The notes: generated from the letters alone by a model not told the origin. A stretch of DNA of 50,652 nucleotides from Octopus bimaculoides (GCF_001194135.2 NC_068981.1:43501009-43551660), one strand, 5' to 3'. Shown: positions 11,352 to 23,998, numbered from the stretch's first letter. Made by a program: numbers and translations.

Positions 11352-11410
<59 letters not shown>
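11345..11410. repeat. (AT)n microsatellite
   Basis: Read directly from the sequence. Confidence 0.92.
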
Positions 11411-11414
<4 letters not shown>

Positions 11415-12227
11415 TCACACACACATCACTCTCTCCTTCTCAATCTCCTCCTCTTTCTACATATATATGCATGTTTATATGTAGCCATATACAAACACAC
11501 ATTTACACACACATGTATATATTGCACACAGCATGCATACACATACATACACATATGTATGTGTGTTTAAGTGTATATGCAAAATTAATGAACAAAAAAA
11601 AAAAAAGAAAATTCAATAAATATAAGAAAAATTTCCTGGCAAGCAAACATGTGTTTTAATCTTCATAATGGATTTTTCTATAATTCAAGAAATAAAGAGA
11701 AAACAAATATAGTTTGAACTTTTAAAGAGAACAGCTAGTGCTCAGCAACCAAAATCCATACGACACAATTATTGCTTATTTACAACATGGTAGATTAGAC
11801 ACAGTACAGGAGGTAAGTAATCATGATTTTTCAAGCAGTTTTTATTTTGTCTTGTAACACTGACATTAAAATCACATCTGATCAATTATCTGTTTTATCT
11901 TTCTGCTGTAGAGTCAGCAGTCAATAAAATGGGATTTAAGGAAGAGGATTATCATTTTGCAAATGACAAAAGGTATATTACTTCAGTAATTAATTCCTGT
12001 TTCTCAGATAAGACTCAACTCAATTAACTTCTTAACAGAACACAACCCTAAGCAGGTGATTCTCCCAGAAGCTGTGGCATGCATTCCTTGACTGCTATTA
12101 GAATTGTAGTATTTTTAATTTTATTAAATTATTCAAGTGGTTTGCTGTGACATACACTAAAACACTGAAACAATCTCTTTATTATAACTCATACTAGTAT
12201 TGTATAAGTTTCTAACTAAGGTATAAT

Positions 12228-12332
12228 GGCACGAAATTGGAAGGAGGATTAACTAGTTATACTAACTTGAGTATTGGATTGGTACTTTATTTTATCAACC
12301 CAGAAGGATACAGAGTAAAGTTGACTGTAGCA
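12228..12332 (-). mobile_element. Diverged family C SINE 3' fragment
   Basis: ggtactttattttatcaacccagaaggatacagagtaaagttgac resembles the family C body. Confidence 0.55.
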
Positions 12333-12359
12333 TGTCTTGCATGGCTGTATGGTGAAGAC

Positions 12360-12514
12360 TATATTTTTTTTTATTGAGAGGGCATAAGAAGAATAGAATC
12401 AAGACGTAGAGTGTGAGAGGGGTAAAATTTACTAAATTTTAGTAAATTTTACTCCCCTCACACTCTAAGTTGTGCTTCTATTTTTCTTATACCCTCTCAA
12501 TAAAAAAAAATATA
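12360..12514. repeat. Inverted repeat with 77-bp arms and a 1-nt spacer at 12437
   Basis: Manual comparison gives 8 mismatches in 77 positions. Confidence 0.93.
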
Positions 12515-12569
12515 CTGTACCTATTAGTAACTGACTCTTGTATGTATCGGCTCTCCAAAATATTTAGAC

Positions 12570-12692
12570 CCTCTGATGAAGCCTAGAAGCACATTCAACA
12601 TCCAAACTCTATCTACCCATCCCTACAGAATACTGAAGAGATGGAGCTAGCATGGAGGATATCGTGGCCTTTTGGCAGAAACGGCCGTAAGG
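12570..12692 (+). ncRNA. Degenerate hammerhead-ribozyme-like motif with a long helix II insert
   Basis: CUGAUGA at 12573-12579, GAAA at 12678-12681, palindromic ACGGCCGU, GUA triplet; helix I is only 3 bp. Confidence 0.35.
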
Positions 12693-13045
12693 AACTGATC
12701 TTTTAATCTTTTACTCTTTTATGAATTACTAGTATATATTTGTGTAGCACAGTTTTTGCCTGTGTATCTATTCTTATAATACTCCCTTTTGTTTTGGAAT
12801 AAATAGACATAATACAATGTCTACCAGCTGATGTATGTCACCTTTGTATCTACTCCATTTTTTTTATGCCATATGAATTAAGGGTAAACCACTTTTTACT
12901 CTCTCACCCATATATGACACTCGATTGTAAAATTGCCACGCAATAAACCAGCACTTGGGTATTAATAATTGAGCACACTACCAGCAGTATATTGTATAGG
13001 TAATGGCCCTTAGCTGGTTGGCATCCCAACCTCTAATTCTTACGG

Positions 13046-13084
<39 letters not shown>

Positions 13085-13085
<1 letters not shown>

Positions 13086-13318
13086 TCTCCTCATCTTGCT
13101 ATCATGTAGTAGATGTAAATAAGCATCACTGTCATACGAACTGTGTCATTCAATTCCAATATTCTAGAAAAACATATTTTGGTATGGGGAAATATTACCT
13201 AGCTAGGAACAAGCTGAGGGTTGGCAACAGGAAAGGCATCCAGCAGCAAAAAATTTACCTCAATACACTCTGTCCAATCCAGGGAAGCAGGGTGAAATAA
13301 ACATAAGAATGATGGCAG
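13085..13318 (+). mobile_element. Family E retroposon tail (GGGGAAATATTACCT...GGTTGGCAACAGGAAAGGCATCCAGC...ATGATG)
   Basis: Shares its core with family B; homologous to 44100-44480. Confidence 0.7.
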
Positions 13319-14397
13319 ATAGATAACTATAAAAAGCTCAAAATAGCATCATCATCATCATCATCATCATCATCATTTTTATATCTTTCTTTGATAGAAC
13401 TTTTTGAGGCACCATAGAGTGAACTGGTTGTGTTACACAGAGGTTATGTAGGGAATCAAGTGGTAGAAACTAAGCCAAAAATGTAACACGCAAGTAAGAT
13501 GTAGGAGGTTTGTAATTTTGGATAAAAACTGATTTGGTGATGACTTGTCTAATCTAAACCAGCATAGAAAGCAGATATAAAATGATAATACTGACATCTG
13601 TGTATAATGATGCCAAAAGCTGCATAAAGAAGTGCTGATCTCTCAAAGTAGATTTAATCATAAGCTCTAATTTGCTTCCATATTTTCATATTTCAAAAAT
13701 ACAGTCATGATGATTTCAACAAAATAGTACGCTATTTCTCAGTTCCTGTTTTTCCAGTCAAAAGGTCATGGACCATCTATCCATAGGGGCACACATGTCT
13801 ACGACTTCTTCCACTTGGTGTAAGAGATGTACAGATTATTGAAATTTGTAGGGACAGTGTGTTCACACAACGTTTTCATAAAAGGTATAATCATATGACT
13901 ACTATTGTTATAAATCAGAAACTATCATATAACCTAACTTTGTCTTCTAACTTCCACCACAACTTCCTAATTAATTTGACAAAGAATTTGATTTAGCATT
14001 ACGAGTTGGTTTGCTTTCTCTGTGAACTGTACTTCTGCCTATCAGGCGTTTGTTTATGATAAATTAATTTGGTCCGCTGAGATAACTGCTAATGATATGA
14101 ACCATTTACTTTTCAAATGAAAAGTACTGCAACGCACTTTCAACTCTGCCACCTACAACTTCTTATATAAAAAAAGAATACAATTAGAGTTACTTTACTG
14201 TGTATATCATATAAACTGAAACGCACAATGTTCAGTGTGATCATAATAATATGACAACTCTTCAATCTAGTTTTAAAGAAAAGAAAAGTAAAAAAGAAAA
14301 AAGAAAAAATAAGAAACCAAAGAATAATAAGAAATCACATGATATGAGTTTTTCAAAAAATGATAAAATAAAAAATGTGAATAAAAGATTGCCACAC

Positions 14398-14576
14398 CTT
14401 TTTGACCAAAGTTAATCTTCTGACTAATATATTTTGAAAGTTGTGTGCTGATGTGAAATTCAGTGTTGAATGGCTCACTTTGAATCAGAATGCTGCAGAT
14501 TATCTTCAGATTAAATGAACCATTCAGTTGCAAAATCTCTGTTGGCCTCTTGTTGTTAATATGATTGATGGCCTTT
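14398..14576 (-). CDS. Candidate exon (phase 2 to 1); alternative donor gtgagc would end it at 14479
   Basis: Acceptor ccaacttatttag, donor aag|gtgtgg; KAINHINNKRPTEILQLNGSFNLKIICSILIQSEPFNTEFHISTQLSKYISQKINFGQK. Confidence 0.38.
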
Positions 14577-15138
14577 CTAAATAAGTTGGAAACCCCAGAG
14601 GATTGTTTGCCACGTTTTATCAATAAAAGTGGTTCAGTTCATATGGCTTACACATAGATCAAGCGAATATCTAAAAATGTGTAATTATTCAGCTGGCTAA
14701 GAGAGACCTTAAGGACATTTTATGATTATTTCCTCCTAAAAATCATGCTCCATTCAGGTGAAGGAAAAGATATTATTTTATTTTGTTGTCAGTTTTATGC
14801 ATGAATAAGTAAATTGTTAAAAACTTGATTAAATTGTTGGGTTGCAGGTCACACTATGGTGCTTTCCATTAAATTAAATACAATTTGCTTTCTTTCTTTT
14901 TGCTTTTTTTAATCTCTGTATTTTTTATTTGGATGTTGTATTCCCTTAAATAACCAATGGCTTATTGTTTTACCATTTCCTTTTAAGAGTTAAATCTAAC
15001 ACAATTTTCACAAAATAATATGTCACTAACATGTATACCTCATTGTAAATGCAACAAGGATTACAGATATAAAAAACATACAGAGTAATGTATTAAAAAT
15101 AACTTCAATCTTGCTTACTTCAGAGAGACCACCATTAC

Positions 15139-15264
15139 ACATTTATGCAAAGACTTGCTTTTTTATTCAACACATTAATGTCACACCTTGAGATATTTAC
15201 CAAAACAAATGTTTTCACTCCTTGACACTGGTAAAATGCGCTTGGCAGCATGAAAATTTCCAAG
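15139..15264 (-). CDS. Candidate exon (phase 2 to 2)
   Basis: Acceptor gacaatttag, donor tgt|gtaatg (alternative aag|gtgtga, same phase); LEIFMLPSAFYQCQGVKTFVLVNISRCDINVLNKKASLCIN. Confidence 0.33.
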
Positions 15265-15556
15265 CTAAATTGTCAACTTATTGAAACCTATCTGTATCCC
15301 ATCTTATGGATTGGACATTTCTGGTTAGATTGGATCTGAATAGTTATGTGCTGAAGTGGCTTCTTCAATGTTAGAGTTCCGAGAACTACAATCATATACA
15401 ACATTCTTTCCTAAATTAATAACCTGTATGTTACGTTGTTACTACTAACTACTCACCTCTATAATACTTCTATTCCCTTTCTGCTAACCTACCTCTCACT
15501 TATATCATCTACACCCAAGTAGACACTTCGTACACAGTGTACATTGGTTATGTGTA

Positions 15557-15809
15557 AAATTAAGTTACCTTCTCACATCATGCTGACTCATAAGGGACAG
15601 TTTCTCAGTTTCATGGTGTATAAATTCTCTGCCGGGACAAGATGCCAGTCCATCACAAGGTTACTCATTTTTGTTAACTGAGGGAACTGGAACAACATGA
15701 AATGAAGTGTTTCGCTCAAGAACACAATGTATTGCCTGATCCAGGAATCAAAATCACAATCTTACAATCATGAGTTCAACACTCTAACCACTAAGCCACG
15801 TGCCTCCAC
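15557..15809 (-). mobile_element. tRNA-derived SINE family D1
   Basis: Reverse complement starts gtggaggcacgtggcttagtggttagagtg; homologous to 9877-10130. Confidence 0.87.
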
Positions 15810-16156
15810 AATTGTTGTACAAAGGATTGAAGGCATCCATTAATGAGAAAACAGCAACCTAGTCCCTTTGAATAACACAATGATACAATTGCTACATATA
15901 ACAGTTTGACCAGTTTCAAACTCCAACAAAACCCATCTTTGGCTTAATTAGTGTAATACCTACATATACAGGGCAAAGATGCTGTTACACTGACAAGCCT
16001 TCTAAACAACAAGTAAAGAACTTTCCAGCTGATTGACAACAATACCATCACCTGTCTACAACAAGCACTGGCCATTTCTTCCTTTTGGACTTTCTCACAT
16101 TATTACGACTTTTTTCCATTCAGCACTATAATCTTTCCTCCATTCCTAAAACTCAC

Positions 16157-16230
16157 CTCATGTTCTCATAATGTATATTGTATCCTTTCCAACAGATCTG
16201 GTATAAAACATTTTGTTTGATTCTTTCTGT
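16157..16230 (-). CDS. Candidate exon (phase 0 to 2)
   Basis: Acceptor gttgcacttttag, consensus donor gag|gtgagt; TERIKQNVLYQICWKGYNIHYENM. Confidence 0.45.
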
Positions 16231-16625
16231 CTAAAAGTGCAACTCTCTGGTACACCACATTTCTAGATCTTCTTTGCAAACATAGACTGAGTGAATTCAT
16301 CACTTTAGTCAGTCACACCTGTTTTGTGGGAAAGAGTTACAACATTTATGAGTGCAGCCATCTCTTGCACTGATTAAATTATAATTTTAAAAAAGGGTTT
16401 ACAATTAGATTTTCAGTGGAAATATTCACAGATGAATGTGACTTGCAACCCATCAAATATATTTATAATCAAACGCATAGAGCTCATGTTTTCTTTCCTA
16501 ATACTGCATAATATTAGTACTCCTCCTTACCTATGTTTTCCTTTACTACAATCATCAACTTGCAGATATTGAAGCTAACATCTCATTTTCTCTTTATATT
16601 TTCAACCAATTTAAAATCAATTTAC

Positions 16626-16711
16626 ATGCTCATTATGCATCAGGAGATTTGCAAATTTGCCTGATTTGTGGAAAGAAGGATTTTTATACTTGATGTCTTT
16701 ACTAATATAAT
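16626..16711 (-). CDS. Candidate exon (phase 1 to 0)
   Basis: Strong acceptor ttctctttctatttgttcag, donor cat|gtaaat; YISKDIKYKNPSFHKSGKFANLLMHNEH. Confidence 0.45.
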
Positions 16712-17699
16712 CTGAACAAATAGAAAGAGAATTTTTAAAATCTTATTTTTATTTAGATAGACTGAAGCAAGAAAAATGATGTGCTTTCCCTAAAATCATA
16801 GTATTTTCCACTGTGAGCTGCATAAGAATGTTAGACACCCTGCTGAATTTGTGTCCTTAAAAAGAAATAAAAATCTGTTCTATTCAACAAGCTTCACAGC
16901 TGCAAATCATAAAGTAGGAACATTGCCATTAATTCTTAATCTAACTATAGCATTCCCTCACCAATTTATTACAACCACTAGCAGAGTGTTTTATATCTTT
17001 CTTTTTTATTTTCACAACAACTTTTCCTCATCCAAATTTACCTACTGTGTACTACCCAATGAATCCTGATCTCCTACTGACGTTATTGTCCCCAAACTTC
17101 ATATTAAGCACTTTTTCTTGATTTTTATTTTTGAAGAAATGCCTATTCTGGAATTCTTGCTTGAGTTTTCTCTTGTAATTATCAAGCTGCAGAAGTTAAA
17201 AATTGAACAGCAAATCTATCAATCCTGGAAGAACTGCAATATTTATAACAATTGCAACTCTTCCCCAAAATAACTAATAATAATGCTGGTTCCCTTATCT
17301 CACTGCAGAGCCAGTATGGAGATATGAGTATTATGCAATTCTCTGGTAAATAAGAAAAGAAACGTATTTTGGAGATGTACTTGTCTGGTAAATGATTTGA
17401 TTTGAAATTGTATGTTGAAACTAATGCAGTTACAGCATGCTAGGCACAGTTTAGCCATTCAATAATTTGCAAAAACTGTTAACTTCGTTTCATCATTTAT
17501 TATTTAGAAATCTCAAAAGAAGTATAAATCGCTAAAACATTTCTTGTCACATATATATAACTGCAGATAAAGTGAAGAAAAAGAAATGCAAAGTACTTAG
17601 TACTGACACATTTGTAGTTTAATGTGTCATTTTTTAATACCATTAGCACAATAATAAATGACTAACTTTAATAATCTCATATATGTTTGACCTTCAGAA

Positions 17700-18532
17700 T
17701 GACTTAGGGACTGATCTTAATCTCTGCTGTGAATACACACTAAGTTTTAATGTTCTAGCTCACTTCTGCTGTTTACAGCAGTGCTTGGAAGGAAGGTGTG
17801 TAGCATGTGATCATTGCATTAACCATGATTTTCTCTGTCACAGAAATTTGTCATAGCAATACCTGTTCAGAGGCCTATGAAAAGTTGCAGAAAATGTATG
17901 GGGAGGAGTGTATGAGCTGCACACATTGTACACATCTTTCAGATGTTTCCAAGATGGCTGAAAAATGTCAATATTGATGCATGTTCTTGGAGACCTGCAA
18001 CCAGCAGAACTGAGAAAAACATCACAGATGTGTGTGCAGCTGTGAGGTAAAATCGTTGAATCACCATCCATGAGTTATCAGAGAATGTATAGATTAGTTA
18101 TGGTTCAGTTCAGTCCATTATCACTGAAGATTTGAGTATGAGATGCGCATCTGCCAAGTTTGTGCCAAAACTGCTTTTGGCTGACCAAAGAGACACTCAG
18201 GTTTCAGTTGCACAAGATCTCCCTGATTGTGTCGCGAGCAATGAAAACTTTTTGAAAACTTTGCATAGGCCTCTGAGCAGGTATCGCCAAGCTTTTGGTA
18301 AAATTTTATGTAGATTATCTGCTCAACTTGCTCTGCCATGGTCAATGTGACAATCACACACTTCACACCTCCCTTTCAATCAAAGCTGTAAACAAGTGAA
18401 GTGGGCTAAAACGTTAAAACGTAGTGCGCATGCACAGCAGAGTTCAAGGTTAACCTGTGCCAAGCAGCTTTACTCTGCATGCTTTAGCTTCATTACTATA
18501 GCAACATCCGGATACTTATTGATCATTCCACA
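17700..18532. mobile_element. Mariner derivative with two 5' ends in head-to-head orientation
   Basis: + strand TCSEAYEKLQKMYGEECMS...SAKFVPKLLLADQ; - strand MAEQVEQIIYIKFYQKLGDTCSEAY. The arms align at about 78% (manual count over about 108 nt). Confidence 0.88.
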
Positions 18533-19169
18533 CACACACACACACGCACACACATACACTCACATATATACACACATATATTATAACTGCTCTCAATGTC
18601 TGGTTGTCACCAACTATAACTGCTTACTGTCATCAGTCATAAATATTAGGTTTGGCTGTGTTTTGACAGGTTACAGGTTATGATCGTTCATATAGATTTG
18701 AGTCAAATTAAATATATGTATAGGTATATACATATAGGTAAACAGCACTGTGTCTTAATGACCAAGCTGTGAGAAGGAGTTTAGAGGTGTATGTAGAACA
18801 CATATATGTAATATGCACTCTTAGCAGCGTTTAACATATGTGTTAAAGAAAACCGACATTTCACTAGCACAGTTATATGACAATTTAAATAGGATAAGAA
18901 AGTGTGTTGGATAGCAAGATGAAAATAACTGTGGAAGTAAATTTAAGAAGTTATGTTTATTCTAAAAATGTTATTTAGTTTCATCATACTGGATTGACTG
19001 TATTTTCTTGTGTTGACAAAGTCTTCAGTATATTTCCATAGAAGTGCATACAAAGTAATCTTAAACTAATTCATTTTTCCTTATTTACATACAATGAGAG
19101 TTTGTACACATTATACAACAGAGAAGAAAGGACTGGATTCAACATAAATTGTCTATTTACAGAAAGATG

Positions 19170-20160
19170 CTTTCTTGTTCTTTTTATGAAGTATCCAGTC
19201 CATTATGCCCCAGAGGTATTCAATAGTGTTCATATCTAGTGACTGGCTTGACCATAGAAGCTTTCAATTGCTATTCTCATCCAACAAATCTTGGATCCTT
19301 TTAGCTGTGTGACAAGGAGCCCTTCTTCCATAAATAAAGAGTCTTCTTTAATCATTTCACCACTGGAGATGATTGGAAAAAGTCCTTTCAGTAATATGGA
19401 CATATACTTACCTGAGTTTGTTTCCCTCACGCTCCACCAGCTCTGATTGACCATTACTCCAAATTGCTCCCCACACCATTACAGACTAGCTGCCATGTTT
19501 CATTGTTGGCTGCAATCTTTTCCCGTCAAATTCTTGATCACAGAGTCTCCAGATTCACTCTTGACCACTGTCAGAAAATACAGCAAATCTAGACTCATTG
19601 GAAAATATGACAGTGTCCCAAAATGCTAGTGGCCTCTCCACAATCTCATTGGCCCAACCTTTTCTCTCCTTGATATTGGCTGGTCAGAGAAATGGCTTCT
19701 TCTTGCTGCTCTTCCATAGCAACCAAGTTTGTGGAGATACCTGACAGTTGTTCTGGGACTGACATCAACATGTTCTGATATGTCAGAGGCCTTGCAACGA
19801 GGGTTATCCTCCACACTTCTCTTAACAAAGATAAGGGTCCTGTCAGAGGTCCCTGGTTGATCTGGGCAATGTGATGTGGACTCCTTCCCCTCTCTGGGGA
19901 ATTGCACAATCACTCCATTAAGCGGGATCCCAAGGTTTTCTGCAACTTTACATTATGCATCTTCAGAACAACCCATAATTCAGCCTCTTTGAAATTCAGA
20001 CAGTTCTAAGGCTTCTTTTGTACATGGCATGATTAAACAGTACATATAGGACCTGAAACATAAAAATGTCAATTAATAAAAAATAAATACCATTACAAGT
20101 TAGAATAAGCACAAAACGATATTTTATGGGGTGTCTATTTATTTCCGTCATGTCTGTGTA
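19170..20160 (-). mobile_element. Tc1-family transposon, pseudogenised transposase
   Basis: ATG at 20030; GCYGRAARR..., VIFSNESRF, VMVWGAI, APCH and WSSQSLDMNTIEYLW motifs with stops and frameshifts. One terminal repeat candidate at about 20130-20160. Confidence 0.9.
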
Positions 20161-20706
20161 TATATGCTTTAGCGTAGGTACTCCATGCATGTTTTCTTGT
20201 CTGTTTGGTTGAGAGAGAATATCTATGCAGTTTCAGAGCGAGGCTAACTTCATTGTATGAGTTGTAAAGGAGGGTGGGTGTGGCTGATATTGCATAATGT
20301 GATGGGGTAGAGCCAGAGGGAGCATACATGGTAAAAAAAAACCCTGGTTTCTATTTTGATATGCATTGCAAGAGATAAGGGGGCAATATTTTCATAATAG
20401 ATAATGGATTAGATTCATTAACTATTGATGAAGAATGTTAAAAAACAGCAAATAGAAAGTTTTCACTTTGCTTCCATTAACGAAAATATTAAAGCATCAC
20501 TAGGTCCATGTTGTTCCCTGGAAGTCAAAATGTGAATGTGAACAGATAGCTAACAAAAATATTGGAAAAAAGAGAAAAAAAAAAGGAATGAGAGAAGGTA
20601 GGTGTAGTAGAGAGAAAGAGATAGAGCACAGGGCATTTTGAGTTAGAATGGGATAATAACCATCAAGACAAGAGAATTTAGAAATCAAGAGGATACAGAC
20701 AAACAA

Positions 20707-20738
<32 letters not shown>

Positions 20739-20834
20739 ACATGAGCACACATGAGCGCATGTGCGTGTATGTATGTGGTTAAGAAGCATGCTTTGTGATC
20801 ATGTGATTTGTGGTTCAAGATTTGTGATAAAAGA

Positions 20835-20845
20835 TGTGTGTGTGT

Positions 20846-20909
<64 letters not shown>
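20835..20909. repeat. (GT)n/(AT)n microsatellite
   Basis: Read directly from the sequence. Confidence 0.9.
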
Positions 20910-20911
<2 letters not shown>

Positions 20912-21069
20912 CAGGCTTCTTTCAGTTTCCATTAAACAAATACACTCACTAATCTTTGGTTGGCCAGATGCTATAGTAGGGAGACACTTGCCCAAGGTGC
21001 CAAGCAGTGGGACTGAACCTGGAACTATGTAGTTGGGAAGCAAAACTTCTTACTGCACACCTACCCTTG
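20910..21069 (-). mobile_element. Family A SINE, 5' module
   Basis: cacttgcccaaggtgccaagcagtgggactgaacc matches 79-238. Confidence 0.85.
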
Positions 21070-21839
21070 TACCATGTACAATCATGATTTGATTTTTCAA
21101 GTCTTCCTAGAAACCTGGTGAAAACCTTTATGGAAACCATTTACTCAGCTCTAGAAAGTAAGGAAATAATTTCTCCTAATAATTATAAACTACTCACTAA
21201 TTAACAATGGACAAGTTAAACAAACATGAATTTAATGTCATATCCATGTATACAATAATCTATCTTATATTTAGTAGACTAATTACCATAGTTTGATTCA
21301 GAAATCTCTTATCATGATGCTCCATCATACAGATGAACTGGTTATGGGTACATTCATCAATTGATTACTCTCTTCAATCATATGCCTCTCTACCATAACA
21401 CTACTTATATAGAGCTAAGTTATGAATCATAAAATACGACAGTAGCAACACAATGCTTTCTTGTACAACTTAAAAGTGAAACTAACTTTATGGGGTCTGA
21501 TTAATGTCAAATATTCTAAGGCATGACGAATTAAATCTGGAATCTAATTACTATATAACCATATTCATATTAAAAAGGAAAAACAAAAGTAACAATCTAT
21601 GCACAATTTTCTATCTGGATAACGATAACAGTTTTGCATAGAGCAAATATTAACTTTCACTCTCATTCTCATCATCCCCTCCATCTCACTTTACGCCCCT
21701 CTGACTGTCTGTCTGTCTGTCTGTTTGTCTCTCTATGTATTTGTGTGTGTATTTGTATGTCTGTTTACACATACACGCAAACATGCACATATTCACACAT
21801 ATACACACACATATATATTCATATATCTATGTATGTGTT

Positions 21840-21871
<32 letters not shown>

Positions 21872-21885
21872 AATGACTGTGTATG

Positions 21886-21934
<49 letters not shown>

Positions 21935-23386
21935 TATATGTCTATNNNNNNNNNNNNNNNNNNNNNNNNNNNNNNNNNNNNNNNNNNNNNNNNNNNNNNN
22001 NNNNNNNNNNNNNNNNNNNNNNNNNNNNNNNNNNNNNNNNNNNNNNNNNNNNNNNNNNNNNNNNNNNNNNNNNNNNNNNNNNNNNNNNNNNNNNNNNNNN
22101 NNNNNNNNNNNNNNNNNNNNNNNNNNNNNNNNNNNNNNNNNNNNNNNNNNNNNNNNNNNNNNNNNNNNNNNNNNNNNNNNNNNNNNNNNNNNNNNNNNNN
22201 NNNNNNNNNNNNNNNNNNNNNNNNNNNNNNNNNNNNNNNTATATATATATATATATATACATATATATAAATGCACATAGACAAGCACAAGCACGTACAC
22301 ATGTAAAACAAGTGAGTAAGCTTTTACCAAAAAGTTTACTATGAAAAAAAAAATTGCTATGAATATTTCTGTGTAAGTTATATAAATATGATATTAAAAT
22401 AATATTAATACACTAAAGGAAACAAGACATACATTTCTATATCATTGTTTTTAGTCACTTTGATAGACTCTGCTGAAGTGGAATTCACAGAAATCAAAAA
22501 TGTAAGTAATATCAATAAATAGAAAGCAAATGGACTTAGTTGTTTTATGTACACAAACTTTACTTGACATTTTTGGAATTTTTTTTTTCATTGAATATTA
22601 TTTTGTTTATGCTTTTGTTATTATTTACAATGTTAAGTATATTCGAAGAAATATATCTTTTATCACTTCAATATGTATGTATTTATGTATGTATTTATGT
22701 ATATGTGTATGTATGTATGTATGTATGCATGTATGTAAGTATGTATGTATGTGTATGTATTAATGTAGTTTTATATATATATATATATACACACATGTAT
22801 ATATAGACACATGTATATATATACATACATATATGTATATACATATTCATATATATACATGTACATATATGTTTACACAAAAATATATGTATATAAATGT
22901 GTATGTCATGTATATACACACACATGCACATATAAACATATATGGGTGTGTATATGTATATTTGTATCTATGCATATGTAATACACATTATGAGAGGTCT
23001 TTGACAATTTTTTATATATCTCTTCTTTTTAATCAAATGNNNNNNNNNNNNNNNNNNNNNNNNNNNNNNNNNNNNNNNNNNNNNNNNNNNNNNNNNNNNN
23101 NNNNNNNNNNNNNNNNNNNNNNNNNNNNNNNNNNNNNNNNNNNNNNNNNNNNNNNNNNNNNNNNNNNNNNNNNNNNNNNNNNNNNNNNNNNNNNNNNNNN
23201 NNNNNNNNNNNNNNNNNNNNNNNNNNNNNNNNNNNNNNNNNNNNNNNNNNNNNNNNNNNNNNNNNNNNNNNNNNNNNNNNNNNNNNNNNNNNNNNNNNNN
23301 NNNNNNNNNNNNNNNNNNNNNNNNNNNNNNNNNNNNNNNNNNNNNNNNNNNNNNNNNNNNNNNNNNNNNNNNNNNNNNNNNNNNNN

Positions 23387-23455
<69 letters not shown>

Positions 23456-23958
23456 TATATATACAGACATATATAAAACATATGTATATGTACAGATACT
23501 GAGCATTACATAAAGTATTATTTTTTATATATGTTTATGAATGTCTTTAACTCTCTCTTCCTCTCTGTCACTCATACTTACTGTCTCTCTTCTCCCTTAA
23601 TATACTTGCACATATATACACAAAAATATACACACATATTTCCACTTCTCAAGCAAGCAAAAATGATGTTGATGATAATAATAATGATACAGACACATAC
23701 ACATACACAGCCATTTACACACAGTACCATGCACAGACATACACACATACATACAAGCACACACATATTTGGTTATATATGTATACGTATATATGTATTT
23801 GTGAATATGACATAAAACAAATGATAGCTATCAAATTAAATTTTCTCACATTTACTATCTAGCTACTGTTAAAAACTTCTCTAAGATGTTCAATTTCCAT
23901 ATGGATGAGCCAACAGTTTATGTGTGAATTCTCATACAGTCACACACACCCATATAAA

Positions 23959-23998
<40 letters not shown>

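Noticed and set aside
13758-13819. Plus-strand exon-like segment (ttccag|...|gtaaga)
   Set aside because: The phase required by 11912-11972 contains a stop; no partner exon found.
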